64,000 nucleotides of DNA. Source: Antedon mediterranea (Eukaryota; Animalia; Echinodermata). The stretch lies in the NCBI RefSeq assembly GCF_964355755.1, contig NC_092674.1:7502001-7566000 (forward strand). Reading direction: 5' to 3'. A program made the position numbers and the translations under genes. Positions 47,941-62,242 of this stretch are shown one piece after another (position 1 is the first letter of the stretch; each line of letters opens with the position of its first letter). The notes beneath the pieces are model-generated. The model was not told the origin of the DNA and ran no database searches. It saw only the letters and a list, made by a program, of their open reading frames with translations.

Positions 47941-49570
47941 GGCGGCAAACCGTTGTTTGTAGGATGTAAATTATGTGCCATGGATTTGACTTGTGGTTAA
48001 CATGGCCTATGATTATTCAAAGAAAGTTCTGAGTGGCAAACATTATCGGTCGAATACGGGAATGTATGGTTAGTCTGCGGACCCTGCCCTGGTCGGATAA
48101 TATACAGTATACAAACAAGCAAAGTTGCCGACGGTTTAAATTCTAAGAAACCGGCTCAATACTGCATGCTGCGGTGCAATGTTTAAATTCAAATTTATGA
48201 CAAATCCTGCTCAAGTGTAAACCTGTCTTCCATTATCATCATGCGAATTCGTACAAATATAAGTGGATGTTTCGACTAGAAATGAAGATGTAGATGAATG
48301 AAGAAATTATATACCAAACACTTTCGTTGCGTCCTTATTGTATAATAGATTTTTATTTATTAATTTAAATATGTAAAAAATTGTAATAGTGTCTTGGGTC
48401 ATAGACCTATGTGTGGAAAACACTTAAAAGAAGTTTAGAATAAAACCGGACGGAAATGATACATACAGTATCTAAAAATATGAATGTCGTACGTGCCAGT
48501 TCAAACCATCATGTGGTTTGAAAGCCTTTAGTGCAGAAAGCGTAAAAACTGCGCAGTAGTATGATAACAACCAGTATGTACGTATGTAGCGAAGCTTTTA
48601 TGCAATCAGTGCATATGGTTATTAATACATACAAGCGGTTGGTCGAAAGACAGCTTTAATATTAACCTATCCAGCCGTGTAAACTGAAGGCATTTCGTTA
48701 TTTTGCTTGTCTGTTGTGTACGCTAGACTACAGGAAATTGAGCAGATGCTAGCTTGAATTCTAACCAGAATCATGTCGGTAAAACGAAGACCAGCTTTTA
48801 ACTCTTCTCAGTTAATTGAATTTCATACTATGTTTAGACAGCTTAAAGATAGAACTTGGATCGTATTGTAAACGAGGACAGCGGAGGAAATGGATAGATA
48901 AAGACTCAAACGAATTTGAATTTATTTCAGTGAAATACAACAAATTGGCTATCAAATATCATTTTAACTATTGACTTTAATGTTATGATCATATGAATAG
49001 TAAACAAGCAATTAATATCAACAGCTGCCGCTGTTTTCTATCATCTTTATTCCATGATTGTTTTTTAAATGTTTCTAATAAGGGGTTATTATTTATCAAG
49101 TACACGTTGGTTTAACCAGGCCACAGTTGAAACACTGACTACTTGGCTTTATTTGATCACAGTGCACAAATTGTTGACACATTTCATTATGATATTGAAT
49201 CACAAACGCGCACTTGCGTTAAGTTTCGTATGTCCTACCTTTGGGCAATACTGATTATTATTCACTGTTTGCTAGTTATTATACATTACATATGAACTTA
49301 ACATACTTTCCGACATTGTAATTAACATGAATTTGTCTTGGGAAAACCAATAAATCCGAATATATTGTGGTATGGATAAATCAGCTTTGATGATCATCCG
49401 GTGATACGACGTGGTGCATCCTCCGGACGCCACCCCATCTTTTATTCTAGATTTATTATAAAGAAATAAATGGGAATGCGCATAACACAATGATAAATCG
49501 AAAAAAATGTTTATTATGTTCTAATAAAAAACAAAACTAGTTACATGCATTGGAAGTACATCAGACATTT

Positions 49571-50010
49571 ATTAATCACGCATAACAAAGAGTAACTAGC
49601 GCCATCGCAGAGCATAAGTCGTTAAAAAATACATTATTTATCATTAAGGGGAAAATATTCCCATCCTAAAATAAAACTTAATTAATCTTTATGATACGCA
49701 GTACCATCAATGGGTATTAGGGTTGCTACGTATTTATACCGTTATGCATGACGTCATTCTATAAATTAATCACGCATAACAAAGAGTAACTAGCGCCATC
49801 GCAGAGCATAAGTCGTTAAAAAATACATTATTTAGCATAAAGGGGAACACATTCCCATCCTAAAATAAAGCGTAATTGATCTGTATGATACGCAGTACCG
49901 GTAAACCAAGCTTGCTACGTATTTATACTGTTATGCATGACGTCATTCTATAAATTAATCATGCATAACGAAGAGTAACTAGCGCCATCGCAGAGCTTAA
50001 GTCGTTAAAA
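49571..50010 (+). repeat. Tandem repeat, ~190-bp unit x ~2.3
   Basis: attaatcacgcataacaaagagtaactagcgccatcgcagagc starts at 49571, 49765 and 49954. Confidence 0.9.
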
Positions 50011-51813
50011 ACTTTATTTACAAGATACAAGATACAAGAAAACTTTATTCATCCCAACTTGGGAAATTGTGTTGCTGTCTAATAACAATGCCGTATTTAA
50101 AAGAGAGAGAGATTTATCACATTTATAACATATTTGCATCCTAAAATAAAATATTTATTATTTGCCTTTATAGAAACATTACGATGTGCACAGTGAGAAG
50201 CGCTCAGTTATTTCAATGTCATCGACACTAGTATTACATTCTATAGAATTACGTTCGTCTCTAAGCGTTTGTTCCAACAAGGTCTTTTAAACAAATTAAC
50301 TATTGAGATTCCACTTTAAAAAAAATGTCATTTCAAGTGGTAATTTATCTACAAATACAGAGATTTCTTCCATTTGCGCGACAGCTGCGCGACAATCGCA
50401 AGGCTTCAACTTGATATTATTTATCGGTAAAGGATGAATGCACGGGAAATACTATTCGATTGGAATATAAATAACAACCAATTTGTATCCCGAACCGTTT
50501 ATTTTAATTGAACAGATCGGCACGTACGTCGTCTTGCTAAGTAATAGAAATAGCGTAATACTTTAAAATCTCGTGTGAAAAAAAAAAGAAGAAAAATTGA
50601 TTCCTTTCGCTATAATCAAAGTAGTACGGTTATCGTATATTAAAACGTATTTTCAACGTATAACTTATTTTATTGTATTGTGTATTTAACGTACAAAATA
50701 CAGCATATTTAACACCGTTACATAATGTATAATAAATAATTGTTTAAATTTGTTTTTGTATATGCCATATTAATGTCACATAATAGTTTTCCACTTCGAA
50801 CCAAAATTGAATCGAAAAAAATTGTATTTATATGAAAAAATGTAATTTAGGCCTAAAATTTGATTTTGTCATTTTATATGAGAAAACATTATTTGTTTTC
50901 GTTTTTTTTACCAAATGGGTTAGTTTTTATTAAAACTTAAAATTACAAAATAACCTATTTAAAGTATGATTTAATTAATCTTAAGACTAGGTGCGAGCAA
51001 AACAATTCTATTGATCATACATTCCAATAATTATCAATCTATAGTTTCCCCTATGTTTTATAAATTTTTGGAATTTTATTTGTGTTGCACCAGCTTGTTG
51101 AAAATAAGCGCTTTTTTTATCAGTGGATGTATAGTTCAAATTACACAGTAAAATCTCTATTCCTTTGTACACAAAGTCGTAAATAGAGAGGCATTTTTTA
51201 AAAAACTGTGAAAAATAAACGGTGTTGTAAATAATGTTATCAGATTACTAAATATAGGTAATATAACTTGAAGTTTTGCTATTATTTTTTAAGAGTTTTA
51301 TTTTCATGCTATAGCAAAAATTACCGTATCCACCGTATATCCACTATCTTTTTCACCTTCTAGGGAGTCACCAGACATGTAATTTTAACATTAGGGTAAA
51401 CTACCTTACTACTGAAAAAAAGTCTTCCTTGTTTTTATAGCAGAATTTTGCCAAACTTTGTATTTTAACATTTTAAGGGAAATTCATTTTTCTTCGTCTT
51501 GATATCTATTACACGTACAAATATTTGATTTATGTACAACCATTATATTCAAAATTCATTCTTGTACCTGAGCTTTATTAAAGAATGTCCAATGTCCTAG
51601 CTTTTATTAACCAAAGTAATTCACATTTGCCAATTATTCAATGCATAAAGATGATATAAATAAATATCGAAAGCATTGACACTTCAATGGTTATCACGTG
51701 ACCCTTTGATCAAATTACAATATTTTCAATACAGTATTAGCTTTTAATCGGAAGAAGGTTGAGTATATTAATATAAAGTGTCAGAATATCACCTTTAACG
51801 TGTAAATTAATAG

Positions 51814-53099
51814 CCTGCCGATGATAGTCAGCTGGTTGGGCTGTCCAACACTTTGTTAATTGGCCAGCTTATTAACAACGATACCAATGACCGTCCCAAT
51901 GACAGATTTGACCTTCTATATTTATATCGAAGACTTGTAAGCAAATGATAATTCGGCGTACCGTGCAGCTATAATTAAAACTGACTGTGGTCAACCGGTA
52001 TCACCTATTAGTATTATTTGTGTTTGCGAGATCATTTTTAGATGACAATGCCAAACACTATAAGTGAGTATAAAGAGGGCCTCCAACATTGTGGAACAAG
52101 TGAATTCGAAAACATACCCATGAATTCCGAACATAAAAAATACGAATTCAAAACATATTAAAAATGATTAAGAACCGTCATGTATAAATGAGAAATTGGG
52201 TATGCATGTTACCACCGGTAAAGCTTGGTTCCCACTAGGACGCAACGCAAGGACGTAGACGCAACGCAAGCGTGTTGACCAATGACAAGCGACAGTTGGA
52301 ATAATCCATCGATTTTGATTGGTCAATTCACTTACGTTGCGTTAAACGTCCTTTTGTTGCGTTTCTAGTTGGAACCAAGCTTTAGTTATAACATCAAGGC
52401 CTACGTCCAATGAAAACTGACTGAAATCTTTGACCAAGATATAAATAAATTGGACTGGTAGTAAATAGAGCATATTTAATATACCAGACTAAACTAATAA
52501 CACACAATTATAATGATTTATAGAAACCGCCTGTACTTTAATTTTAGTCGTGGGCTGACAAGCGATGATACTATCTGCTAACAAGTTTGTCATCTGTCAA
52601 ATTTCAACCCAACATGACGTATAGATCAGGCATTCGGTCCAACGTCAGGCCTCTGTTCTTCGTATCAATTGGTCTACTCATTTGCTATATATAAATATTG
52701 TTAAATTATATATATAGGCTGTTGTAAATCACACGTAGAAGGCAGGATAAATTGTTTTTGCAGGCAGTCCCCCCAACAAGATACCTAGCGTTGCTGAAAT
52801 AAAATAATTACGATAAGCGTGCGAAGCTCGTGCCGGCCACACATTCAGTTTTCTTTGCGGCCGGAATTGAAGAGAAATTATCTTTGACAAGAGAAATTAG
52901 TGATGAATTACCTGGACCACGTGAATTAATTCAGAAATATGTGTAAATGTTTTTAGTCAAATTAAGTCAAAATTTCATTCGCTTTTCAGGTATTACTTCA
53001 TCAAATTTATCAGGGATTGTTGATAACACCGTTGGTGGTTTCGAAGGAGTTGAAAATGAGTTGCAATTACAACGGAGCATTATCAGTAATGAGTCCGAT
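51814..53099 (+). pseudogene. Candidate exon chain of an unidentified gene with one in-frame stop
   Basis: Exon-like segments 51814-51936 (phase 0/0), 52764-52920 (0/1, TAA at 52800) and 52990-53099 (1/0) have AG/GT borders and matching phases. Confidence 0.4.
52222..52383. mobile_element. MITE family B, full-length copy
   Basis: aagcttggttcccactag...ctagttggaaccaagctt, flanked by TAA/TTA. Confidence 0.85.
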
Positions 53100-54349
53100 G
53101 TAGGTGCGTTGTTGATAGCCTGATTGCTTGCTTATTTCATTGGCTACAATTTACGAGACACAAAGTAGACGCGCGCGTGTAAAAGCCGCCCGATTTCATC
53201 ATGATAATCGCGCGTTTCAGTCAGGTAACAACTACCCGTATGTCGTTAATCATTTCGATCCGTTATATTCAATGTCTCACCACCCGTGATGATATACTTT
53301 ATGTATATTAAGAGCCACAGCATGCTATGAGTAGGCCAGACACTAAAGCCGAGTACAAGTATTTCTCCTTGATGACATTTTAAAGGTATTTTACTGAATC
53401 GTTAAAACAAAAAACAATTATAAATATTATGTGAAACAAACCCATTTCAATTATTGTAAATTATAATATTCGTTTAATAGATATTTCGAGTTAAAACCCT
53501 TGCAGCTGTCATAAACTCGGCTAATTATAATAGGCCTAACAATCACATCAAGCCATTTTGATCCAGTACATCAAGTATTAATCAGAGTATGTTTCAGAAA
53601 TGGGATACAGTGGGCGACTAAACGAGTCAAACGATTATTGATATTAGCGACATTGATTATGTATGGTTATTCATTAAGTACATTATTATGTTACTAGCCT
53701 ATGACATGCGTATGGAGAGAAAAGGGCGTGTGCTCGGAACGCATGGACTCTTGCACACTGAACTGACGCGTCAAACGTCAAATCGAAGCGAGACGCGTCA
53801 AATCGAAGCGAGACGCGTCAGTGTGCACTGTTTTTTTGGCCCCTGGTTTGGATACAAGGGGAGGAAAAGGTGTGTGCTGCTCGGGTTGCATGTTTCTCCG
53901 GCACCCTGACAATTCGACAAGGCTAGGCCTATATCCTAGTAAAAGTATATACGTTTACTTGTTCTTAAACATAATTATATAAACATAGGCCTATATAAAA
54001 TAAAAAATAAATACTTGCACCAAAGAACCAGCACTAAAATGTATAGTTACTACGGTATTTAGGCCTATACATTTTTAAATAGACCAATTTAACTGTGTTT
54101 TTCTACTTTTAATGAAGTTTTATATATGACATTTTACATTGTAATCTTGTTATTTTACTTTATATAATATTTATATAATATAATTTAATAACATGACGTC
54201 AACAATAATAAAAATGAACGAAACACCAGAGAAAATAAATATAATATAAAGATATAAATAAGCTGTGATTAATTACCGAAATCTATCATTTTAGTATTTA
54301 TTTAGACTTGTATTATGTAGATTATAACCACTTAGGCCTAAATATAATA

Positions 54350-54655
54350 ATAATAATAGTTCATTCTTATAGCGCTCTACAAGCAAGCTTCTCTAATATA
54401 AGCGCTGAACATTATTACCCCAGTTATTTTTTGTGTGGATCAAACACGTATGGAAACATACTCCCATAATGCATAATCAGCGCAAAGTTGTGTCTTGATC
54501 TAACTGGGTACCCATTTATACACCTGGGTGGAGAGAGGCAAACGTAAGTAAAGTATCTTGCCTAAGGATACAAGCAATGCGGCGAGAGTTGGATTCGAAC
54601 CTCGGTCTCACGATCAGTAGTCCAACGTCCAACACCCTGCGCAAAACGCCCTCAC
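54350..54655 (-). mobile_element. tRNA-derived SINE (same family as 39364-39625)
   Basis: Reverse complement of the 39364 copy, with an agcgctataag...(tta)n tail. Confidence 0.8.
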
Positions 54656-54721
54656 GTATTGTCCCTTGAAAAAATAATTAAAAAAAATGTTTGTGTTGAA
54701 CACTGCCATTTTAATGTCACA

Positions 54722-55824
54722 TGTCACGAAACCTAAGACCACGAAAGCTAAGACCCCCTAAGACCTAAGATCACGAAAGCTAAGACCCAAGACCTAAGAT
54801 TACAAATTCTAAGATATACTACAGCTTAAAAACAATACTTGTTTATCCATACATAATTTTAAACACAGTAGGTTTCATTTATTACCATAAATATAATTAA
54901 ATACTACCGCAAAACATAAACTCACATTATTTTCGCCCGTTGAGTAAATGTATATTTTTTTCTTTACAACAAACAAACTTGACGGGTTGTTTGTTGGTAT
55001 ATATTTACTCCATTGTGTTGGTTCAGAGGATGTTTTTCTTACGCACCTGCCTTTCTTGTATTTTGACTCCAAATTTGTTGACTAACTTTATCCTGAATAC
55101 CACACTTTAAAATTAGGATTTATAAGTACTTTCAGACGGAGAAACACATAAAAACAAACAAATAAATCCTTTAAATTGATGATTTTACAGACATGTTTCT
55201 TTGTATACTGTAACTCCTCGAGCTCCCCCATGCTCAATGTTTTTGTTTCTACGGAGCGCCAAAAGAGCAACAATAATAGTACAAGTATAAAAACAGAAAG
55301 AAAACGAAACAAATCATGATTTTTAAATTAAAATTTATTTGCCAGTATTTATTTCTTCGTACTTGCATGATTATACTATTATCATTACAATTTTAATTTT
55401 ACATTGTTCCATCCACACTGTAGATGGACTCCACAGAGTTTTCAGCCCTCTATATAATTTTTGCTCTTTGACGTTCCATAGAAACAAAAACATTGAACAT
55501 GGTAGGCCTACAACTGCTACTGTACTGTAGGCTAGTCATGCGAAATTCGCAAACAGTTTGTGTGCGAGAAAAACGTCTGTAAAATCATCAATTTAAAAAT
55601 GTATTTGTTACTTTTTATGTGATTCTTTTTCATAAAAGTGCCAATTCTAAGGTGTGGTATTCAGAATAAATGTTGGGAGTTAAAATACAAGGCAGGTGCG
55701 AAAGATAAATATTTGTAATCTTTGGTCTTGGGTCTTAGCTTTCGTGATCTTAGGTCTTAGGGGGTCTTAGCTTTCGTGGTCTTAGGTGGTCTTAGCTTTC
55801 GTGGTCTTAGGTTTCGTGACACCC
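54722..55824. mobile_element. Foldback MITE with long imperfect inverted arms and ctaagacc/acgaaagctaag subterminal repeats
   Basis: tgtcacgaaacctaagaccacgaaagctaagacc ... ggtcttagctttcgtggtcttaggtttcgtgacaccc; internal arms are also inverted. Confidence 0.88.
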
Positions 55825-56515
55825 TCAAATTGGTTGCCAGCCAATGGATTTTTGATTAAAGTTAACAATTTATTTTGTCATTTTATAAGTGAAAATATTA
55901 TTTTTTTCATTTTTTTTTTCTATGGAAGTGATTAACTTAATTAAAATTACAAAATAGCCTATTCAAAGTCTGATTTAATATATGTTCATGTTTTTTGGGG
56001 GACAACACATCAAAAGTAACTTTTAAATCGAATTCTAGATACACCGCGTTGACTAATATGCCCAAGTATTTTGACCATTCAAAAACAATGTTTATAGATC
56101 AACCCAATTATTGTGAAAACAGTCGTGAACATAAAAATCAATATTAAAACAGGTGAACGGAGGTAATAAAATTGTTATTGAATATAATAGTTAAATTGAT
56201 ATTTTTATTTGTCATTTTCATCTCGACGATCACTAGTTACTTACGAATACGTAAAGCTCTGTCAACAATGACAATGACAATGATTCTTTATTTCTTTATC
56301 GACCCTTTTTCAGGGTATGAAAGAACATTCTTTCAATCTTATACAGAAACAAACTAAACACTTCCAGACATAAATATTTGGTCTTATACATAATTGATAT
56401 ATCGAAAAGCAACATCTAACTTAAAAATACAAAATTGTACGAATAACTTTAGCTAAGTTTGATTTTTTGGATCTGGTATTAAGTAATTGGTGCATTTTGG
56501 TGTTATTTGGGCGGG

Positions 56516-56677
56516 TCTATCAAACTATCAAACTTTATGTGACAAAATGATGTGATGTGCCCATATATGGACATGATGATGTCATATCACTACCATATTT
56601 GGGCATATCTTTACCATATTTGGGTATATCACTCTTTTTTTTTTGTCAAACAAGGTTGATAGTGTAGACATAGCTTT
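56516..56677. mobile_element. MITE family A copy
   Basis: ctatcaaactttatgtgac...gatagtgtagacatagctt. Confidence 0.75.
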
Positions 56678-56942
56678 AAACACTTCGGTCAGAAATAACC
56701 GAGTATATCAACATATGTGCTAACATACAGTACTTTGATTAAGCGGCATGCTAACTATATATCATGGGTGCCCCTCTTTTATGCTCTTTGGAGTAAATGA
56801 TAACGTAAATACATGTAATGAAAAATAAAAGTTTAGGTTTATTGATGATATTGATATTGCACTACCAGATTTGCTGTGCATCTTCATAAATACGACAAAA
56901 TTGCCCATGAGAGTATCATGGGAAAATCGGTAATCGTACACC

Positions 56943-57492
56943 ATCACATCTCGCTGTATCATGTAAAGTTAGGCAAAGGGTTAGGTTATAGGCGATATAT
57001 GAAACATATGATAATGTATTAGCGAATTGTCCTGTTACTTCGAAATTCGTATGTGGATTTACAGTACTGAGCATCGGGTGGCATTACACTGTATATAAAT
57101 GTGATGCTTTACTCTTCACATGTTGCCTGTATCATGTAAAGTTAGGCAAAAGGTTAGGTGATGGTCTAGGCGATATACATGTGAGAAACATGTGATACCT
57201 GTATAGCGAATTGTTCTATGTTACTTGGAAATTCGGATGTGGATTTACAGTACTGAGACTCGGGTGGCATTACACTGTATATAAATGTGATGCTTTACCT
57301 ATCACATGTTGCCTGTATCATGTAAAGTTAGGCAAAAGGTTAGGTTATGGTCTAGGCGATATACATGTGAGAAACATGTGATACGGTATTAGAAAATTGT
57401 CTTATATTACTTGGAAATGTGGAGATACAGTACTGTGAATCGGGTGGCATTACACTGTTTATAAATGTGATGCTCTACCTATCACATGTGAT
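56943..57492 (+). repeat. Tandem repeat, ~175-185-bp unit x3
   Basis: ctgtatcatgtaaagttaggcaaa starts at 56954, 57127 and 57313. Confidence 0.9.
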
Positions 57493-59070
57493 GCGTTACC
57501 TAGGCTTTATCTATTATCGACCGTGTGTCATAGACATGATACATGTCTACATGCTAGTAACGAGTCATAAATTAGATAACATTACAAGTGTATGTAGTAA
57601 GTGGATAAAATACCTACAATTATCACGTTTGTATCGTTTTATGAAAATATGTTATCTACGTCGCCATCCCAATTAAGTGCTTTTTTAGCCTACGTTGATA
57701 TTTATGACGTTCTGAAATATAGTTCTAAAAATATGTTTACTTAAGTGCTTTTAATATAAATTTGGATAGAAAGATTAAAAAAAATATATTTTTAGATAAT
57801 TGAATTTAAATAGAAACAATTTGAAATAGTATAATAGACGTATCATGCGGTATACATTGGTTCCCGCAATGCAAAGAGGTGTACGTGCATGAAAACATGT
57901 AATTTGACTGACGTCCTTGTGCTTGTTCTACTGTGGGTGTAAAAATCGGTTACCCCTTGCATTGAGTTGACCAATCACAAGCGACAGTTTGAATGATTCA
58001 TCGTGTCATGGTTGGCCAATGCGGTTACGTCCTTGCGTTGCGTCCAAGTGGGACGACATATACTGTGGTGGAGAATCGGTTGAAATATATTCGTATAACG
58101 AGTGAATGACATTTTATTTCTTTGCCTTTGTAGGCATTTTTTGTAGGTCTAACCACAAAAGTTGAATGGATATAGGCCTAACAAATAAATCTATTAAGCT
58201 GCAAATCTTGTTTTTCTACAAGCCCCTACACTCATTTAAAAAATAAAATCCACTTTGAGGACGTTGATCTTGTGGTGAAATGATGTCATGCCATTTTGTT
58301 TATAATGATAACTGGCATTTTTTTTGTATTTTGTTGGTTATTGGAAACTAAACCATTGAACTATTACATCATCGAGAGTGCAATTTCTCTATTTTCGAGT
58401 GCAATTTCGTTATATCATAGAGAAATAAGTTATTAAAGTGAGTAACGTAACGCGCGACACGTGACCATAAGTTGTTGAATGATCGCTTTTAGTCCACCAA
58501 TCGGCGTTTTGATTTTTGCCTAGAATCTAAATTATTATAGTATTATGAAACGCCATAAGCAAAAATATTTATCTTTTTCTAGAACCTAGCGCCCTCTATA
58601 ATGTCCAATTTTACGTCATATTAATGCTAATGAATAATTCATGATTTTGCCGTAACCTCATAGGAAAAAAATGATGCGACCCGGGTTGCTTTGTGTTTAC
58701 TGTTACCCCACGGTTGGCATTGTGTTTCACATTTTCACGACGCTTATCCGATCATTTTTGATAGGCCTAAATCCGCCTTTTCGATATACTACCTCAAATA
58801 CAGACAGACGTATAGGCCTATATTTAACAACACATGAGTTCCGGGATACAATCTTAACAACAATAAATTCGTTGTTCCACACGAATTTTACTGTTTTTTC
58901 TATTAACCATGACGAACTTTCAGTTAATTTAAATCTTTTAATGTAATTTTAATGATAGTACACGCACACAAACAAAACCACATCCTTCCCTATAACATAA
59001 GTACTTGTTGTATATGAACTTTTACGTTGTTAACTATGTATGACCATACAGGATATAAGTATGCACTCTT

Positions 59071-59452
59071 AAGGAAAATTTACACAGAAAAAAGGGCGGT
59101 AACGGTAATACAAATATAGAATTTACGTTATTCCTTATTATACCATTTACACACGTCACAACGCGGAGCTGACGGGCCGTTTCCGCTCAGGATATACGAA
59201 TTCTACGTGTGACATGCTACGCGGTTTTTTTTTTGCTTACCGTTTGTCTGTGTAAATTGGCCTTGATCGGTAATAACCGTAAGCGGTATATAAAAAAACT
59301 AAAGTATAGCATCTATGTTAATTATTTTTTCCATTTACACAAACGTGGACGGGCGGGTAAACGGAAATCCGCTAAAGATAGATACAGATTCTACGTGGGA
59401 TAAGCTACGCGGTTTCCGCTTACTATTACCGCTTGTCTGTGTAATTGGCCTT
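59071..59452. mobile_element. MITE-like element with duplicated right end
   Basis: Left aagg..aatttacacaga...gcggtaa is inverted relative to ttaccgcttgtctgtgtaattggcctt, which occurs at ~59237-59264 and ~59426-59452. Confidence 0.55.
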
Positions 59453-60756
59453 TGAGGAAAAACCTGCAGAGACCAAGCATAACATTTTTAGTTTTCAATC
59501 GGGTTTTAAGTGACCATCTGTAATAAATGAAATGAATATAGTTTATGCAATTATTTATATATGTTTATTTATTTCATTACTATACAACAGTGAACACCAA
59601 TCATAGGATAACATATAAAATATACAGAGCATCATAAACACATAGTGATTATTGTTTGATTATTAGTTGTTCAATCTCGACCAGTCTAATAAGCTAACCA
59701 AATTGATTATTGACATAATCCCATGTAATATCACATATTGACGTTTTATAAACTACATGGACCTTGAAGTTAAGGGTGATGCAATTTACCTTTAAAATTC
59801 GTCTGATCATTAAATAAAAATTATTATTCAAGGGGCCTGTGAGGATTTAATTATTGACGTTGGAATTAATATCAAGGTATCACAGGGTATTAATTTAAAT
59901 AAGATTTTCACGGCCTAATATATTAGGCCTTCAGTTAGGTAGAATTAGATTTCGGTGTCATTCTTCTTTATGCTATACCGTAGTGTTGTCAATAGTTCAA
60001 TTACCATCTGTATAGTGAGTGTGAGTTAGGCCTGTGTAGTTTTATCGAGGTCAAACGGTCAAAAGTGGTATTTCTGTTAATTTTTGGATGAAACTTGATT
60101 AAGATAAATATAAATATGTATATTATGGACAATTTGAGACCATAATTGAGTTTCTAGAGTAAGCGGTTGTCAAGATATATGATATAGGCGGCCATTTTAA
60201 AAGAGCGCCTCCATTCGGTAAAAACAGATCTACAAGTTGGACACCAAGTTGAAATTTGTTTCTTATGATGTCATTGACCACATGAAAGTTAAAAATCAAG
60301 CATGGCAAATTGCATTAAGTAAAATACAAATGCTGCCTGACTAATCATGACATAATTATGACGTTGTTTTATACAGGGTTTTTTTCTGTTAAGAAAATAA
60401 ACGATACAGAGTAAACACAGCCTCATCTTGCGTATTGTTTTGTTGCATGAGATACATGGCTTCACAAACCAACCTTAATGTAAGCTAGCAAATCAATATT
60501 GAGGATTCCCGAACCACGACAGTAGACCCTTGATAAACCATACACAAACAAATACAGACTTTTTTCTCTTCTTTCCCTTTTCATGGAATTTATTCAATCA
60601 AGTACAGACATACAAACTATATGAGTTGGAATACAAATGTAAAAGCCTTACAATCTGAATTGTAAATCTAAAAGTATACCTGTATAGGCTTACATAACAA
60701 TTAAACTTAACAATAAACTTATCTAATTTACGCGTAGGCACTTAAACTTGGTTTTT

Positions 60757-61075
60757 AAGCGTGGTTCCCACTAGCGACGCAACACAAGGACGTAACGCAA
60801 CGCAAGTGAATTGACCAATCACAAGCGATGGCTTATTCGCTTGTGATTGCTAACTGTCTATAACTTCGCTTGTCATTGGTTAAAACGCTTGCGTTGCGTT
60901 TACGTCCTTGCGTTACGTTCTAGTGGGAACCAGCTTTACTAGCGAGGACGTTACGCAACGTAAGTGATTCGACCAATCACAAGCGATGGATTATTCGAAC
61001 AGTGGTTTGTCATTGGTCAAGTCGCTTGCGTTGCGCGTACGTCCTTGCGTTGTGTATCTAGTGGAAACCACGCTT
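60757..61075. mobile_element. Two adjacent MITE family B copies
   Basis: aagcgtggttcccactag...ctagtgggaaccagctt followed immediately by a second unit ending ctagtggaaaccacgctt. Confidence 0.8.
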
Positions 61076-61254
61076 CACTTGAAAAGGTAGCCGATACACG
61101 TTTATGTATGATGCATTAACATTATATATGCATATATTAAAATATACAAAATTGAGCATTTTATCTAGTGATGATAACGGTACAACGGGGTTTTTTACAT
61201 CACGCACGTGTACAATATGCCTCATTTAGGTAATCCGGCATTTTGTTTTTAAAT

Positions 61255-61460
61255 TGTAATGTAATGATCGATTTATAAAGCGCTTTACAAAATCAAAAGA
61301 TTGTTCCACAGCGCTGGAAATTGGAAATATATGATGGGGATTTGTCGTGAAGAGATTTATATGAAATTAACATTAGTTTAAACATAATTCTTTGTTTAAT
61401 TGGAAGCCAGTGAAGTTTATATAATATTGGTGTAATATGAGCAAATTTTGAAGTGCCGGA
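61255..61460 (-). mobile_element. Old L2 LINE 3' fragment
   Basis: The - strand translates to KFAHITPILYKLHWLPIKQRIMFK (classic L2 ORF2 C-terminus), followed by the aagcgct 3' motif. Confidence 0.75.
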
Positions 61461-62039
61461 TAAATATTGTCAATGTGATTTTATTGATGTAGCTTTTCAG
61501 TTAAAACATTCTGTATATACTGTACTTTAATGTGTTTTTGTGTGATGTGTTTATTTCGAAGACTAATTCCTGTTTTTTTGTTAAATCACGTAGATGCCTG
61601 TCTATCCAATTAGAACAGTCTATCTCTGTTCACACTGTACCTAATTCCCAATTTATGCTTTGTAATATCATTTTGTATTTGTCTTGTCTCTTTTAAATCA
61701 TATCTGTATGGTACGATTTAAGAACTTAAGCAATTTATGAACTCCGATTCCTATTTGTCTTCTTAGTTGGTTATAGAGGTTTAGAAGAATTATTTCAGAT
61801 ATTGTAATCAGCCATATTTGTAATAACTGTCGGGATAGATTCACCGACGTATCATTGTAATGTCATAGTTAATATCGAGCGTGCTTACGCGGCATTGTCT
61901 TACGAATTGAACATTTCATGTAATTATGGCTATATATACCTCAGAGGAAAAATTGCAAAATTGGATGGAGCAATTGACTCAAATTCGTAGTTTTTATAAT
62001 ATATATGCGGAGGTTAATTAAGGTTAATTATGACAGAAT

Positions 62040-62242
62040 GTCCACCCGACTCTGCAGCAGCCATTAGGCAGTTCATAACTTACTGTTGACAGTCATCTGT
62101 GTGCATGGTAAGTACTTTTGATACATGCTATCCACATACGAAACGTATTAAATGTATTTTTAAAATACACATAGACTCGTATCTAGATGACTGTCAATAG
62201 TCCGTTAGGATCTACCTAATGACATCTGCAGAATCGGGTGGA
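62040..62242. repeat. Imperfect hairpin/MITE-like inverted repeat (~60-bp arms)
   Basis: tccacccgactctgcag...ttgacagtcatct pairs with agatgactgtcaa...ctgcagaatcgggtgga. Confidence 0.8.

Noticed and set aside
47960-49490. Short open stretches with coding-like composition
   Set aside because: Interrupted by stops, with no recognisable family and no consistent exon chain.
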